Shown one piece after another: positions 1-13,267 of a DNA stretch of 64,000 bases. The stretch is from Octopus vulgaris (Eukaryota), in NCBI GenBank assembly GCA_951406725.2, contig OX597830.1, forward strand, positions 79,794,001 to 79,858,000, written 5' to 3'. The stretch's first letter is position 1. The number at the start of each line of letters is the position of its first letter. The notes beneath the pieces were generated by a model. The model had not been told where the DNA came from, made no database searches, and saw only the letters and a list, made by a program, of their open reading frames with translations. The translations under genes were made by a program, and so were the position numbers.

Positions 1-1140
1 TCGTTCCCAGAAAAATATTTTCTCTATAAAATATATAATACTCGTCAATAAATGGCAATAAGCCCCAAGTTTTGTCAGTGAACAAACAGGTCGTGGTTTT
101 CAAGACGAAGAAAATATTTTGACACAAATGAAAATTAAATTAACGGTTTTTGTGTGTTCTTGGATGGCTTACAAATATCTCCCATGCTGCAATTGTTTTT
201 TTTGTTTTAGCACACGATCTCAGATCAAGTCACTTGCTATGCAAATACATCTCCGTAAGTGTAAAGAATATTTTATGTAAAGTGAAAAGAATGTCGAGAT
301 CATTTGTAATAAAAGAAATATTATTATAATCGTTTTCTGAATCACTTTTACTCGCACTAGACTCGCGCACACCATCACTTGTAGACTCTCAGATATCAGC
401 GGAGTCGACAACGAAGAAACGAGACAGAGACTCGTTTTAATGAATCATTCATATTTTTACGAAGGACCGTGGAATATGTTCGCAAAACTATTCGCCAGCA
501 AGAATATATTATATTGGCTTCAAATTTTGGCACAAGGCCAGTTACATCGACTACAGTGTTCAACTCGTGTTTATTTTATCGACCCCGAAAGGATGAAAGG
601 CAAAGCCGACCCCGACGGTCTTTGAACTCAGAACGCAAAGTCGGAAGAAACGTCGCTAAGCATTTTCCCCGGCGCCATAACGATTTTACCTACTTGCCGC
701 GTTTAAATATATAAATTTTGGTTTCAGATTTTCGTACAAGGCCAGCATTTCGATGGAGTAGTTAAGTCTATTACACTGACTCCAGTACTCAACTGGTACT
801 TATTTTAGCGACCCCGAAGGGATGAAAAGCAAAGTCATCCTCGGTGGAATCTGAACTTGGAACATAAAGACAGACGAAATACTGTTAATCATTTTGTCTG
901 GCGTATATTTAAAAGCGGGCGAGCTAACAAAATCATTAGCACGCCGGACGAAATACTTAGCGACATTTCGTTCGTTTTTACGTTCTGAGTTCAAATTTCG
1001 CCAAGGTCGACTTTGCCTTTTATTCCTTTCAGGGTCGATAAAATAGGTACCAGTCATGTACTGAGGTCGATGTATTCGACTTATTCACTCATCATAAATT
1101 ATTGGCCTTGTGCTAAAATTTGAAACGAATATTAGGAATA

Positions 1141-1181
<41 letters not shown>

Positions 1182-2683
1182 ATTATTAAGCGTGTTATTT
1201 TTCCTCATAATTCTGAATTTCTCTTTTCTTTTTTTTTTTCTAAATTTTCCCGACTTGATTGGTGTAAAGAAATTTAATTTTGTCTCCACTAACCAAACAC
1301 ATCTAAAGAAAGTTGAAGAATTGTTAGAACGAAGCCAAAAATTAATATTGCGAATCTCTTAAGAGCAGGAACAGGTTGACAAGAGTTGTTTCCCTTTAAT
1401 TGCTTTCCTACAAAATTATGCAAAGAATAATTTTTAAATATAGTAAGGCCTCGATATACGAGTTAATTTGTACTCGGAAACCGCTCCTAAAACAAAAACT
1501 CGTAAAGCAGAGCAATAATTTTCCATAGTAGCAATGTTATAAACCGTAATTCGTTCCCAGAAAAATATTTTATCTATAAAATATATAATACTCGTCAATA
1601 AATGGCAATAAGCCCCAAGTTTTGTCAGTGAACAAACAGGTCGTGGTTTTCAAGACGAAGAAAATACTTTGACACAAATGAAAATTAAATTAACGGTTTT
1701 TGTGTGTTCTTGGATGGCTTACAAATATCTTCCATGCTGCAATTGTTTTTTTTGTTTTAGCACACGATCTCAGATCAAGTCACTTGCTATGCAAATACAT
1801 CTCCGTAAATGTAAAGAATATTTTATGTAAAGTGAAAAGAATGTCGAGATCATTTGTAATAAAAAAAATATTATTATAATCGTTTTCTGAATCACTTTTA
1901 CTCGCACTTGACTCGCGCACACCATCACTTGTAGACTCTCAGATATCAGCGGAGTCGACAACGAAGAAACGAGCCAGAGACTCGTTTTAATGAATCATTC
2001 ATATTTTTACGAAGGACCGTGGAATATGTTCGCAAAACTATTCGCCAGCAAGAATATATATATTGGCTTCAAATTTTGGCACAAGGCCAGTTACATCGAC
2101 TACAGTGTTCAACTCGTGTTTATTTTATCGACCCCGAAAGGATGAAAGGCAAAGCCGACCCCGACGGTCTTTGAACTCAGAACGCAAAGTCGGAAGAAAC
2201 GTCGCTAAGCATTTTCCTCGGCGCCATAACGATTTTACCTACTTGCCGCGTTTAAATATATAAATTTTGGTTTCAGATTTTCGTACAAGGCCAGCATTTC
2301 GATGGAGTAGTTAAGTCTATTACACTGACTCCAGTACTCAACTGGTACTTATTTTAGCGACCCCGAAGGGATGAAAAGCAAAGTCATCCTCGGTGGAATC
2401 TGAACTTGGAACATAAAGACAGACGAAATACTGTTAATGATTTTATCCGGCGTATATTTAAAGGCGGGCGAGCTAACAAAATCGTTAGCACGCCGGACGA
2501 AATACTTAGCGACATTTCGTTCGTTTTTACGTTCTGAGTTCAAATTTCGCCAAGGTCGACTTTGCCTTTTATTCCTTTCAGGGTCGATAAAATAAGTACC
2601 AGTCATGTACTGAGGTCGATGTATTCGACTTAATCACTCATCATAAATTACTGGCCTTGTGCTAAAATTTGAAACGAATATTA
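1..2683 (+). repeat. ~1.55-kb tandem repeat array (about 1.7 units visible)
   Basis: tcgttcccag recurs at 1 and 1551; ORFs repeat with period 1549-1550; each unit holds three SINE relics. Confidence 0.95.
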
Positions 2684-3060
2684 ATTCGCATTAATATTAA
2701 CTTTTACTCGCACTTGACTCGCGCACACCATCACTTGTAGACCCGTTCGCCGATTCACAAGCACTCGTAGACGGACTTGTAGATTTCTGTTTAAAAACCA
2801 AATATAGAGTTGTTTGCTTCTAAGAAGCCTTTTTTCACTCTCTATAAATTTCTCTGTAACCTGCAGAAGCATTTGTTATGGTAATACGAACTTTTGCACT
2901 TCATTCAAAATTGGGATCTTGTATATCCTGAATTTAAACCTTTCTGAAATATGAATAAATAAGTATTAAATAAGTAATCTGAATGCTAGAGGGTTAAAGT
3001 TGTTCACCATTTATCCAATCAATGGAGTAATAGATACATTTACCCTGTTTGTAGGGGTAC

Positions 3061-3352
3061 TCTTTTCTTTACTCTTTTACTCTTTACTTGTTTCAGTCAT
3101 TTGACTGCAGCCATGCTGGAGCACTGCCTTTAATCGAGCAAATCGACCCCGGGACTTATTCTTTCGTAAGCCCAGTACTTATTCTATCGGTCTCTTTTGC
3201 CGAACCGCCAAGTAACGGGGACATAAACACACCAGCATCAGTTGTCAAGCAATGCTGGGGGGACAAACACACACACGCATATATATAAATGTAATTATAT
3301 GACAGGCTTCTTTCAGTTTCCATCTACCAAATCCACTCACAAGGCTTTGGTC
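3061..3352 (-). mobile_element. tRNA/CORE-type SINE, headless copy
   Basis: Same tail as 14261-14660 (gctccagcatggc...tgactgaaacaagtaaaagag); sits where the mirror arm has 24837-26052. Confidence 0.8.
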
Positions 3353-4378
3353 GTCCGCTTTCCATGCTAGCATGGGTTGGATGATTTTGACTGAGGGCTG
3401 GCGAACCAGATGGCTGCACCAGGCTCCAATCTTGATCTGGCAGAGTTTCTACAGCTGGATGCCCTTCCTAACGCCAACCACTCCGAGAGTGTAGTGTGTG
3501 CTTCCCTTTTTGTTTTATATATGTATGTATGCATATGTGTGTGTGGGGGCGCATACAGATAACTATATATATATATATATATTTATTACCCACAGGGGTC
3601 TAAACATAGAGGGGACCGACATGACCAGACAAAGGAATTATGTTGATTACATCAACCCTAGTACATAACGGGTATTTATTCAGTCAACCCCCCAAAAGGA
3701 TGAAAGGCAAAGTCGATCTCGGTGGAATTTGAACTCAGAACATAAAGACAGACAAAATACCGCTATGCATTTTGTCTGGCGTGCTAATGATTCTGCCAGC
3801 TCACCTTATAATATGTGTGTGTGTGTGTAGTGGAGGTGCATGGCTTAGTGGTTAGGGTGTTGGAGTTCTGATCATGAGTTCATGGCTTTCATTCATGGAT
3901 CGGACAATGCATTGTATTCTTTGAGACAAATCACTTTATTTCACGTTGCCCCAGTCCACTCAGCTGGCAAAAATGAGTAATCCAGTAAGGAATATATCAT
4001 CATCATCATCATCATCATCATCATCGTTTAACGTCTGTTTTCCATGCTGGCATGGGTTAGATGGTTTGACTGATGTCTGGTAAGCCATTGGCTGCACCAG
4101 GCTCCGATCTGATTGCAATGTTTCTACAGCTGATGTCCTTCCTAATGCCAATCACTCTGAGAGTGAGTGGATGTTTTTTACATGCCACCAGCATGTCAAG
4201 AGCCAGTCAGGTGGACCTGGCATCGACCATGTTGGATGGTGCTTTTTACATGCCACCAGCATGGGAGCCAACCAGAGAGCTCTGGCATTGACCACTTTTG
4301 GATGTTGCAGACCAGACAAACTGGAAAACTGGTTCTGTGCTCCTTACTGAGTTTTGTGGACTAACCATATTAATATAT

Positions 4379-4498
4379 CACCGTGATCACCGTGACTGAC
4401 CAGGCTATCAGATTTTGCTACACATCGCTGGTCACAATGTGCTTCGCATGGTTTTAGCCTTCAAGTGACGCCACCCCGCTGGCTAAGCAAGCAGGCCA
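4379..4498 (-). mobile_element. Short 5'-truncated retroposon insertion with 12-bp target-site duplication
   Basis: Flanked by atattaatatat at 4367-4378 and 4499-4510; ends in tandem (cacggtgat)2; absent from the mirror arm at ~23895. Confidence 0.55.
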
Positions 4499-4501
4499 AT
4501 A

Positions 4502-4549
<48 letters not shown>

Positions 4550-4677
4550 AACACACACATATTAATATATATATAGATATATATATATATATGTAGGTCC
4601 CAGATTGAGTCGGGGTTAACCACAGTAAATAAGGTACTCAATACATAGCAGAGTAAATTAATTTATTATATAGAAGG

Positions 4678-4728
4678 AGCTTCTACAGGACTAGAACTGT
4701 TTCATTCAAAAGAAATCATCAGGAAGCT
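4678..4728 (-). ncRNA. Type I hammerhead ribozyme motif, Penelope-LTR/retrozyme-like context
   Basis: Minus strand AGCTTC-CTGATGA-TTTC TTTT GAAT-GAAA-CAG TTCTAGTC CTG-TA-GAAGCT: perfect 6-bp stem I, intact core, 4-bp stem III, GUA triplet, weak stem II. AATAAA follows about 10 nt downstream. Confidence 0.7.
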
Positions 4729-4949
4729 AGTAGACAAGAGTTGTTTTGGCATTTATACATTTAGGCAGGTTTAAATGGGTGGTGGTGGGGGACTTTTTTG
4801 GGGGTAGGCATGGCGCAAAACTGTCATTATTAGGGGAGTGGTCAAAGGAATCTGTGGTAAAGTAGATAAAAGAATAAATAAAATAAAATAAAAGAATAAA
4901 AAATAAATAGAAAAATAGAGTCTTAGGTAAGTAAGGAGACTCTCACTTG

Positions 4950-4957
4950 TACATATC

Positions 4958-4995
<38 letters not shown>

Positions 4996-5671
4996 CACAT
5001 ATATACACCCACATATTCACATATATCTGTACATATACATACATACCCACATATACATACATATATATATACACATACATACACATACATATACATATAT
5101 ATATATATACATATATATACATACATATATATACATATACATACACATACCCATGAACGTACACACAGATACACATATACATACATATACATACACATAT
5201 GTATACTCACTCGCACCTATACAAATGCATATACATGCACACACATACACACACATTTTTATTCTCTTATTTTAATTTTATTATTACTACATTTGTTTAT
5301 ATCTTTATTTTTATTTTTATTTTTATCTTGGCCGAGGTCAGCCGGTCTCAAGGGATGAGCTTAAGATTCCGTTTATCTATCTACTTACTTATAGGAACGC
5401 AAGCACTCACTCACGCCCACACACTCAGACGTACACACATACACATACGCACACGCATACATTCATGTATATTCACATACACGCATACACATACATACCT
5501 CAAAACACTCACATAAGACTAGTCCCTACATATACACTAATTAATATATATACACATATACACATACATACACATACATACATATACATACACATATACA
5601 TATATATATATATATACATACATATACATGTACATATACATACACATATACATTCATACATATATACACAT

Positions 5672-5702
<31 letters not shown>

Positions 5703-5931
5703 CACACACATATATACATATATATATATATATATATACATATACATACATATGCGTACACATACACACACACACACGCACATCTATATATACACATAAG
5801 TACATACATGCATTAATGTATACACATATCTATACATATGCATGCACATCCACACACACACGCGCCTCCTTATGTTCATAAATACATACATGCATACAGG
5901 CATATACATATATACATACATGCATACTCAA

Positions 5932-5979
<48 letters not shown>

Positions 5980-6127
5980 TATATATATATATACGTGCAG
6001 TTACCCATTATACATACGGATACATACATATAAACATACCCATATATACCTATTTGCACATATGTATATGTACATAAATACACACACACATAACTCTACA
6101 TACCTACATATACATAAACACACAAGC

Positions 6128-6164
<37 letters not shown>

Positions 6165-7904
6165 CACACACATACATACACACATATATATATATATATA
6201 TATATACATATACACATACATATATACACACATACACATATACACACACATACATACACACACATATATACATACATTTACACACACATTTTTACACGCA
6301 TATATATACACATACTCATACACACATATATATATATACACATACATATATATATATATACATATATATATATACATGTGTGCATATATACATACATATA
6401 CACACATACATACACACAAGCACATACATGCATAAATGTATACATATGTTTTATACAAGTGCATACACATACACACACTCACGCGCCTCCTTATATACAT
6501 AAATGCATTCATGCATACAAACGCATACTCATGTAATAAATAATGAATAAGGAATAATAGATATATATACACATGCAGTTACCCTTTGTACAGACGGAAA
6601 CATACATATAAGCATACACGCATATATACCTATCTACACATATGTATATATACATATATACATGCACATACACACAACTCTACATACTTACATATACATA
6701 AACACACGAGTGTAGGCATCACTCAGCAGGTCTTTTGTTAGCCGCTCTCCAGCCATCTATTTAAAACTGTATACAGCTATGGTACGACCACACTTGGAAT
6801 TCGCATCATCAGTTTGGAACCCCTATCTTGCACAGAACATTGACCTCCTGGAATCTGTCCAGAGACGTGCAACCAAACGCATACCCTCCATCAGACACCT
6901 ACCATATTCTGAGCGCCTTGTTTCCCTGGGCATGGATTCACTGAAGCTCCGGCGTTTGGCGACGGACTTGGTAAACACCCACAAAGTTATCAACCACCTC
7001 ACCAACAACAACACTGAACACCTTTTTGATCTCCATGTGTCTAACACACGTGGACATGCCTACAAAGTCAGAAAACAATACAGCTCCCATGACTTTCGGA
7101 AACATTTTTTCACGCTCAGAGTTGCTGAAGCATGGAATAAACTGCCTGCGTCAGTTGTTGACTGCCATGACACTGCATCTTTTAAGGCCCTCATGCTTTC
7201 CGAAATCCGCCGAAACTACACCTGATTATATATACACTTTAGATGAGTTGTAGTGCACCTGAGCACTGTACACAATTATTATTATTATTGTTGTTATTAT
7301 TGTTATATAAAAGAAAACAAAATCAAAGAAAAAATTTACCGATTGAAAGGGTGTTGTATAGCAAAATCAGTGGAGAGCTGAAAATAATAATATTTAGTTA
7401 CATCCCTTCCACTCTATGTTCAAATCTCAGTGGAACTAATTTTGCCTTTCATCTTCCAAAGTGTTGATAATATAAATACTATTATTACAAACTGGGTATC
7501 TATAAAATTAGCAATGCTTTTCCTGCATCCTTCAAAACTTCCAACACTACACCTGATTTTCTCCCCTCCATACACACGCAAGCATGTATCTGACTCATAC
7601 ACTGCTTACTTTCCAGACATTAGTACATTACTGCATATACTTTATACGAACTTTTGAGAAGTTGTGGTGCACCTAAGCACTGTATACAATAATTTCATTA
7701 TTATATACATATATATATATACACACATATATACACACATATATATATACATATATACACACACACACATATACACATACATACACATACCTACACACAT
7801 ATATACACACATATATACACACATATACATATACATACATACACATACACACACATACACATACATACACATATACATGCGTATATACACACACACATAT
7901 ATAT

Positions 7905-7935
<31 letters not shown>

Positions 7936-8492
7936 TATATACACATACATACACATACCTACACACATATATACACACATATATACACACATATACATAT
8001 ACATACATACACATACACACACACATACACATACATACACATATACATAATATATATATATATATATATACACATTTACACCATATATATACATACACAT
8101 ACACATATATATATATATACACATACATATATATATATATACATATATATATACATGTGTGCATATATACATACATATACACACATACATACACACAAGC
8201 ACATACATGCATAAATGTATACATATGTTTTATACAAGTGCATACACATACACACACTCACGCGCCTCCTTATATACATAAATGCATTCATGCATACAAA
8301 CGCATACTCATGTAATAAATAATGAATAAGGAATAATAGATATATATACACATGCAGTTACCCTTTGTACAGACGGAAACATACATATAAGCATACGCGC
8401 ATATATACCTATCTACACATATGTATATATACATACATACATGCACATACACACAACTCTACATACTTACATATACTTAAACACACGAGCGT

Positions 8493-8562
<70 letters not shown>

Positions 8563-9060
8563 CACATACATATATACACACACATACATACATAATATAT
8601 ACACATATATACATACATATAATACATACATACATACATACACATACACACACATACATACACATATATACATATACATACACATACATATAATATACAC
8701 ATACATATATATATAAATATAATTTATAAAATTTAAAAAATATATAAAGTAAAAAATCACTTTACACATACAAATACATACAATTTGCTATACATATACA
8801 CATACATATATATATACATAAATATATATATATATATATATATACATATATATAAGTATATAAAAAACCACACACATACACACATACTCATATATATATA
8901 CATATATATAAGTGTATAAAAAAAACCCACGCATACACACATACACATGTACATACACATATACACATACATATACACGCACTCACATACATGCGTATAT
9001 TCCTACTTACACCCATTCATTTCTATCCATATATACAATACATATATACAAGTGTACATA
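4950..9060. repeat. Degenerate (TA/CA) compound microsatellite field with a higher-order ~400-600 bp unit
   Basis: Anchors cacgcgcctccttat, gcagttaccc and aactctacatac recur at ~5860-6100, ~6480-6690 and ~8260-8465. Confidence 0.85.
6716..7290 (+). mobile_element. 5'-truncated CR1/L2-group LINE (ORF2 C-terminus and 3' tail)
   Basis: VRPHLEFASSVWNPY, LESVQRRATK, TRGH..K and FF..RV...WN.LP motifs; ends in an (ATT)n tail. A second short tail copy lies at ~7655-7700. Confidence 0.88.
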
Positions 9061-9968
9061 TACAATCTGTGAATAGTCTTAGGAGGAAAGTTAATCGGGG
9101 GTGCTGGGGGAACGGTGGGATTGGGGGGGGGGGGGTGTCGTCAATCGGGATGCCGGGTGGGTCTATAGTTCTTGTAGTTTGCATAAATTTTATGCATGCA
9201 ATTTGGGGAGTGCACACAAACAAACACATATTTATATATATATATATATATATATCATCATCATCATCATTATCATCTGTGAATGCACATGGTTCAGTGG
9301 TTAGAGCGTTGATCTTAAGATTGTGAGGTTGTGAGTTTGAATCCTGGACCGGGCTGCATGTTGTGTTCTTGAGCAAGACACTTTATTTCATGTTGCTCCA
9401 GTTCACTCAACTGTAGAAATGATTTACAATGTCATTGATGCCAAGCTGTATCGGCCTTTGCCTTTCCTTTGGATAACACTGGTGGCATGCAGAGGGGAGG
9501 CCGGTATGCATGAGCGACTGCTGGTTTTCCATAAACAACCTTGCGCAGACTTGTGCCTCAGAGGGTAACTTTCTAGGTGCAATCCCATGGTCAGTCATGA
9601 CCGAAGGGAGTTTTAGCATATCATCATCATCATCATCACCATCATCATTTAACATCCATTATCCATGCTGGAATGGGCTGGACGGTTCAACCAGGGCTAG
9701 TAAGATGGAAGGCTACACCAGACTCCAGTCTGTTTTGGCATGGTTTCTATGGCTGGATGCCCTGCCTAATGCCAACCACTCTAAGAGTGTAATGGGTGCT
9801 TTATACGTTCTACTGACACTGGTGCAGTTTGTGTGACACCAGTATCTACCATGCCTGTGGTTTTACTTGGCTTGGTGGGTCTTCTTCTCAAGCTTGGCAT
9901 AATGACAAAAGCCCAACACCCAAGGCACAGCATAATGCCAAATGGTCTCAGTCCTTGCCTCTGTATGA

Positions 9969-10023
<55 letters not shown>

Positions 10024-10551
10024 GGCTGTGTGCATGTCTTTGAGTCTATGTTTGCCCCCACCATCACCTGACAGCCAGTGTTGGTGTCTATGTCCCCATA
10101 TCTTAGCAGTTCAGCAAAAGGAGACCAATGAAATAAGTACCTGGCTTAAAATGAAAATAATAAAGACTAGGATCGATTCATTCAACTAAAATTCTTCAAA
10201 GCGCTGCCCCAGCATGGCCGCAGTCTGATGACTGAAACAAGTAAAAGATTCAAAAGGAAAAAGATATATATATGACAGTTGCTGCGTCTCTACACTTGAT
10301 GATGGTGTGCAGCTCAGTGCAATCTTAGGTGCACTGTTTCCTTTAAGCTGTGCACTTGCTCATGTGCATGCATATTTTATGCCTAATGTACAAAAGATAA
10401 TAATTGTGTGTACACAAACATTTTTCCTAGAGGAAATTGAATTTCTGCAATAGTTAATGGCTATGATATAATAGTTAATGGCTATGCTTTATCAATGTTT
10501 CAATTCAATTTTATGTTGGTTTTAATTTTTGTTTAACTTTGTGTGATTCAG

Positions 10552-11650
10552 GAATGGCTTTGTGAAATATGTGAGGCAAATGGTTGGAAGCATGAACAAT
10601 CACCAATAATTTGGAGAGAATTGGTTGATCGAGGTGGGAAAGGTGTTTTAATTGGTGGATCGAATGAATTTGAAGAATATGCATACGGCTACTATGGCGT
10701 TACTATTGATTTGGACGGCAAAAGTATGAAAATCATTGCTTATGAAAATCAAACCACTAAAATCGAACTTGATGAAGAAGAAAGAGAAAGGATAAGAAAC
10801 GAAAAATTCATTAAAGTGTGCATAACAAATGCTAGTAGCCCAGTTTGTTTCAGTTTGGTCGACAGTTTACTCTCAGGGAAAATATTTGGTGAAGAGAAAA
10901 TTTCATTGTGTCTTCTGGACTGTGATCCAGCACAGACAGCTGAATTGCAATACATCGCTGAAAATATACAAAACATGGCTTATGGACTTCTGTATTTGAA
11001 TGTCTTTGTTACATCTGACTGTGAAAAAGCTTTTAAAGGAAGTAGAATTATTATCTTTTTGGATGAGGTAGAAAGGAAAGAAGAGGAAAAAGTACATCGG
11101 TGGACGGAAAGAAACGCTGTTCTTTTTGGGTTTTATGGGACAACTCTGTTGAAAGTTGCCAAAAGTGACACGTTGCTATTAGTTGCAGGAAATAATTACA
11201 TGTGTTTAAATATGAGCATATTAAATGAGATTGTTTCTCACATTTCATCCAGAAATATTATTGGTGTTTCAAAAGTAATTGAAAACCAGGCCAAATCTGT
11301 TTTAGCTGAAAAACTGCCAGCAAGCAGCTGCTCCATTGATAACGTTGTTATATTGGGAAGTATCAGCAATGATTATTTGATAGAATTGGACAAGACTTTA
11401 GTTAGAGAGTTTGATTGTGCAGTTGTTGGTCCAGCTACATTCTCTCAGCCATTAAATGATATTTTTCATCAACAAAGCTGGCTCAAGAAGGAGTATGTAA
11501 ATGAAGTCAGTTCAAGAAAACACGTCAATGAAATGAATTTACGGCACCCTACCTACCATCTCATTGGTCATGCCATAACAACAACATTAAATTACTGGTG
11601 GAATGGTTTATCATCAAATGCCATATTCTCTGCGACTCTTATATCCGATG
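10552..11650 (+). pseudogene. MDH1B: Inverted partial copy of MDH1B (large exon only)
   Basis: Near-identical to 20090-21188 with both splice sites intact. The arm lacks the DCPYY exon (region replaced by a SINE at 3061-3352) and ends at 12463, before the 3' exons. Confidence 0.85.
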
Positions 11651-11793
11651 GTAAGCAAAATTCTTCCGTATTTAATCTTAATTCATTTCGGTTGCAGTCA
11701 GCGTTAAATTCTTTAGAAGCGAAAGTTCCAGTTTAGTTCTTTAGAGAGCATTTTTCTTGAACAGCTAGTCATGAAATTTATGACGACAACGAA

Positions 11794-11850
11794 ATCATCA
11801 TCATCATCATCATCACCATCACCGCCGCCACCACCACCACTATTACCATC

Positions 11851-11915
<65 letters not shown>

Positions 11916-12205
11916 TATCACCATCACCGCCGCCACTGCCACTACCACTATCATCATCATCACCATCATCCTCATCACCATCACCATCATCATCACCACC
12001 ATCATCACCATTACCATCATCATCATCATCACCACCATCATCATCACCATCACCATCATCATCATCACCATCATCACTATCACCATCATCATCATCACCA
12101 TCATCATCACCACCATCATCACCATCACCATCATCATCATCATCATCACCATCACCATCATCATCATCATCATCACCATCACCATCATCATTAGCATCAT
12201 TATCC
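11794..12205. repeat. (CAT/CAC)n trinucleotide tract, ~410 bp (mirror 19746-19946 is ~200 bp)
   Basis: Direct reading; source of the poly-S/P and poly-M ORFs. Confidence 0.95.
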
Positions 12206-12554
12206 AGTCACTGCCTGGAATCAAACCTGGAATCTCGGGGTTAGTAGCCTGCACTCTTAACCACTATGCCATATGCCCATGAGCAACTATGGAGTAAATT
12301 ATAACTCTAATATTCTCCTATCCTTCCTTAATACCGGTTCCCATATGCTGTTCATATCTGCACTCGATCTGCTTAGGAGCTTCTTGTGTCCTAGCATTTG
12401 TGCTGCTTCTTTTGGTTTCCAGATTTTCCAGTACACTTAATTGAAAATGAGTACTAAAAATACTAAGTTTCCATGTGTGTGTGTGTGTGTGTATCTGTGT
12501 GTGTGTGTGTGTGTATGTATTTGCACAAGTGTGTGTGTATTTGTATATGTTCTT

Positions 12555-12767
12555 TCTTTTGTTCTTTTATTTGTTTCAGTTATTTGACTGTGGCCATGCT
12601 GGAGCATCACCTTTAGTGAAACAAATCGACCCCGGGACTTATTCTTTGTAAGTCAAGTCCAGCACTCATTCTATCGGTCTCTTTTGCTGAACTGCTAATT
12701 TACGAGGGTGTAGACACACCAACATTGGTTGTTAAGCGATGGTGGAGAGACAAACACAGACACACAA

Positions 12768-12820
<53 letters not shown>

Positions 12821-12990
12821 AGTACACACATACATACGACAGACTTCTTTCAGTTTCTGTCTACCAAATCCACTCACAAGGTTTTGATTGGCCTGAGGCT
12901 ATAGAAGAAGACACTTGCCCAAGGTGCCATGCAGTGGGACTGAACCTGGAATCATGAGGTTGGGAAGCAAGCTTCTTTCCACACAGCACT
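12555..12990 (-). mobile_element. tRNA/CORE-type SINE
   Basis: Head ggagtgctgtgtgg...ggttcagtccc, CORE-like accttgggcaagtgtctt, internal (CA)n. Confidence 0.82.
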
Positions 12991-13024
<34 letters not shown>

Positions 13025-13267
13025 TCATCATCATCATCGTTTAATGTCCGCCCTCCATGCTGGCATGGGTTGGACGGTTTGACTGAGGACTGGTGAGGCA
13101 GAGGCTGCACCAGACTCCAATCTGATCTGGCAGAGTTTCTACAGCTGGATGCCCTTCCAACTGCAAGTGGGTCAGGGGAATTACTTATTGAACGTCCCTC
13201 GTACCTCATTTTTGGCTGTAAATTTTGGCTTGAAAACTTTAGATTGTATGCTGGAAAATATAATATA

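Larger units (their letters stand above)
1..12463 (+). repeat. Palindrome 1, left arm (inverted copy of 19479-~29000)
   Basis: Colinear reverse-complement blocks: 2700-3061/26052-26415, 3352-4370/23895-24837, 9250-10380/22020-23110, 10390-12463/19479-21350. Confidence 0.9.

Noticed and set aside
220-2606. Repeated 63-85 aa ORFs (MTGTYFIDPER..., MSTPLISES...) as a tandem gene family
   Set aside because: They lie in SINE relics or AT-rich unit sequence, some lack an ATG start, and some are disrupted in other units.
4923-8982. Dozens of Y/I/H/T- or C/V/M/Y-rich ORFs
   Set aside because: Translations of (TA)/(CA) microsatellites, open in several frames on both strands.
11651-11736. C-terminal KQNSSVF...VPV of the 397-aa ORFs, and their GTG start
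   Set aside because: Read-through past the GT donor and upstream of the AG acceptor; the true continuation is the exon at 18921-19051.
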